64,000 bases of DNA from an uncultured Candidatus Rokubacteria bacterium (GTDB taxonomy: Bacteria > Methylomirabilota > Methylomirabilia > Rokubacteriales > CSP1-6). The stretch spans positions 544,001-608,000 of the forward strand of contig CAWBMV010000001.1 in assembly GCA_963789955.1 (NCBI GenBank), given 5' to 3'. The notes under the pieces are model-generated. The model did not search any database, had not been told where the DNA came from, and saw only the letters and a list, made by a program, of their open reading frames with translations. Both the position numbers and the translations under genes were made by a program. Of the stretch, positions 63,185 through 64,000 are shown one piece after another. How positions within the stretch are numbered: the stretch's first letter is position 1; each line of letters begins with the position of its first letter.

Positions 63185-64000
63185 ATGTACGCGGCTTACT
63201 TCGGGCTGACTGAGCGGCCATTCTCACTGGCCCCTGATCCGCGCTACCTCTACCTGAGCGACGCGCACCGGGAGGCCCTTGCCCATCTGCTGTACGGCAT
63301 CGGCGAGGGCGGCAGCTTCGTGCAGCTGACGGGCGAGGTGGGAACCGGCAAGACCACCGTGTGCCGCGCGCTCCTGGAACAGCTCCCGCCCGACGTCGAC
63401 GTCGCGATGATCTTCAATCCCCGACTCACGTCGGTCGAGCTGCTGGCCGCCGTGTGCGACGAGCTGCGGGTTCCGTACCCCGCGGGCACGACGAGCTTGA
63501 AGGTCCTGGTCGACGCGCTGTCGCAGGCGCTCCTCGATGCGCACGCGAAGGGCCGGCGCACCGTCCTGATCATCGACGAGGCGCAGAATCTGAGCGCGCG
63601 CGTGTTAGAAGAAGTGCGTCTCTTGACCAATCTGGAGACGACGACGCAGAAGCTGCTCCAGGTGGTGTTGATCGGCCAGCCCGAGCTGGCGGAGCTGCTC
63701 GCGCGCCGGAACCTGCGCCAGCTCTCGCAGCGCGTGACCGCCCGCTATCACCTGCGATCGTTCAGCGAGGAAGAATCGCAGCGCTACGTCCAGCATCGGC
63801 TGGAGATCGCGGGCCAGCGCCAGCCGATCTTCACCAAACAGGCCGTGCGCGCGGCCCATCGCCTGGCGCGCGGTATTCCGCGCCTGTTGAACACGATCTG
63901 CGATCGCGCGCTGCTCGGCGCGTATGCGACTGGACAGACACGGGTCAAGGAAGCGGTCGTCCGTCGCGCGGCCAAGGAAGTCCTCGGCCCGCGGCGGAGC
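63185..64000 (+). CDS. exeA: ExeA/GspA-family AAA ATPase (runs off window end)
   Basis: Own translation: MYAAYFGLTERPFS..PDPRYLY, TGEVGTGKTT, IIDEAQNL, LIGQPEL, GIPRLLN..CDRALL. Confidence 0.9.
   Translation, partial: MYAAYFGLTERPFSLAPDPRYLYLSDAHREALAHLLYGIGEGGSFVQLTGEVGTGKTTVCRALLEQLPPDVDVAMIFNPRLTSVELLAAVCDELRVPYPAGTTSLKVLVDALSQALLDAHAKGRRTVLIIDEAQNLSARVLEEVRLLTNLETTTQKLLQVVLIGQPELAELLARRNLRQLSQRVTARYHLRSFSEEESQRYVQHRLEIAGQRQPIFTKQAVRAAHRLARGIPRLLNTICDRALLGAYATGQTRVKEAVVRRAAKEVLGPRRS

Overview
GC-rich bacterial DNA. Gene content and style (many Liv-type ABC systems, LLM/TauD/HAD enzymes, small CxxC proteins) suggest Candidatus Rokubacteria/Methylomirabilota; this is inference only. Many otherwise intact genes carry 1-bp frameshifts, typical of an unpolished long-read sequence, so several genes were rebuilt across frames by eye. 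About 1.2-19 kb is an accessory stress/signalling island next to IS remnants. It holds a sigma-54 two-component system (HK plus NtrC-type activator), several stand-alone receiver proteins, USP, CMK-like/BON, YihY, a Na+/H+ antiporter, MscS and cardiolipin synthase remnants, and a trehalose-6-phosphate synthase fused to a transmembrane sensor module that resembles the sensor of the neighbouring kinase. Four -24/-12 promoters occur in the island; three are preceded by a pair of CGACA-N3-TGTCG-like palindromes spaced exactly 19 bp apart. The rest is metabolic and transport genes. Two genes split in the ORF track are probably selenoproteins with in-frame UGA at the catalytic Cys position: a PrdB/GrdB-like UxxC protein with a SECIS-like hairpin, and a signal-peptide-bearing peroxiredoxin. 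No rRNA, tRNA or CRISPR array was seen.
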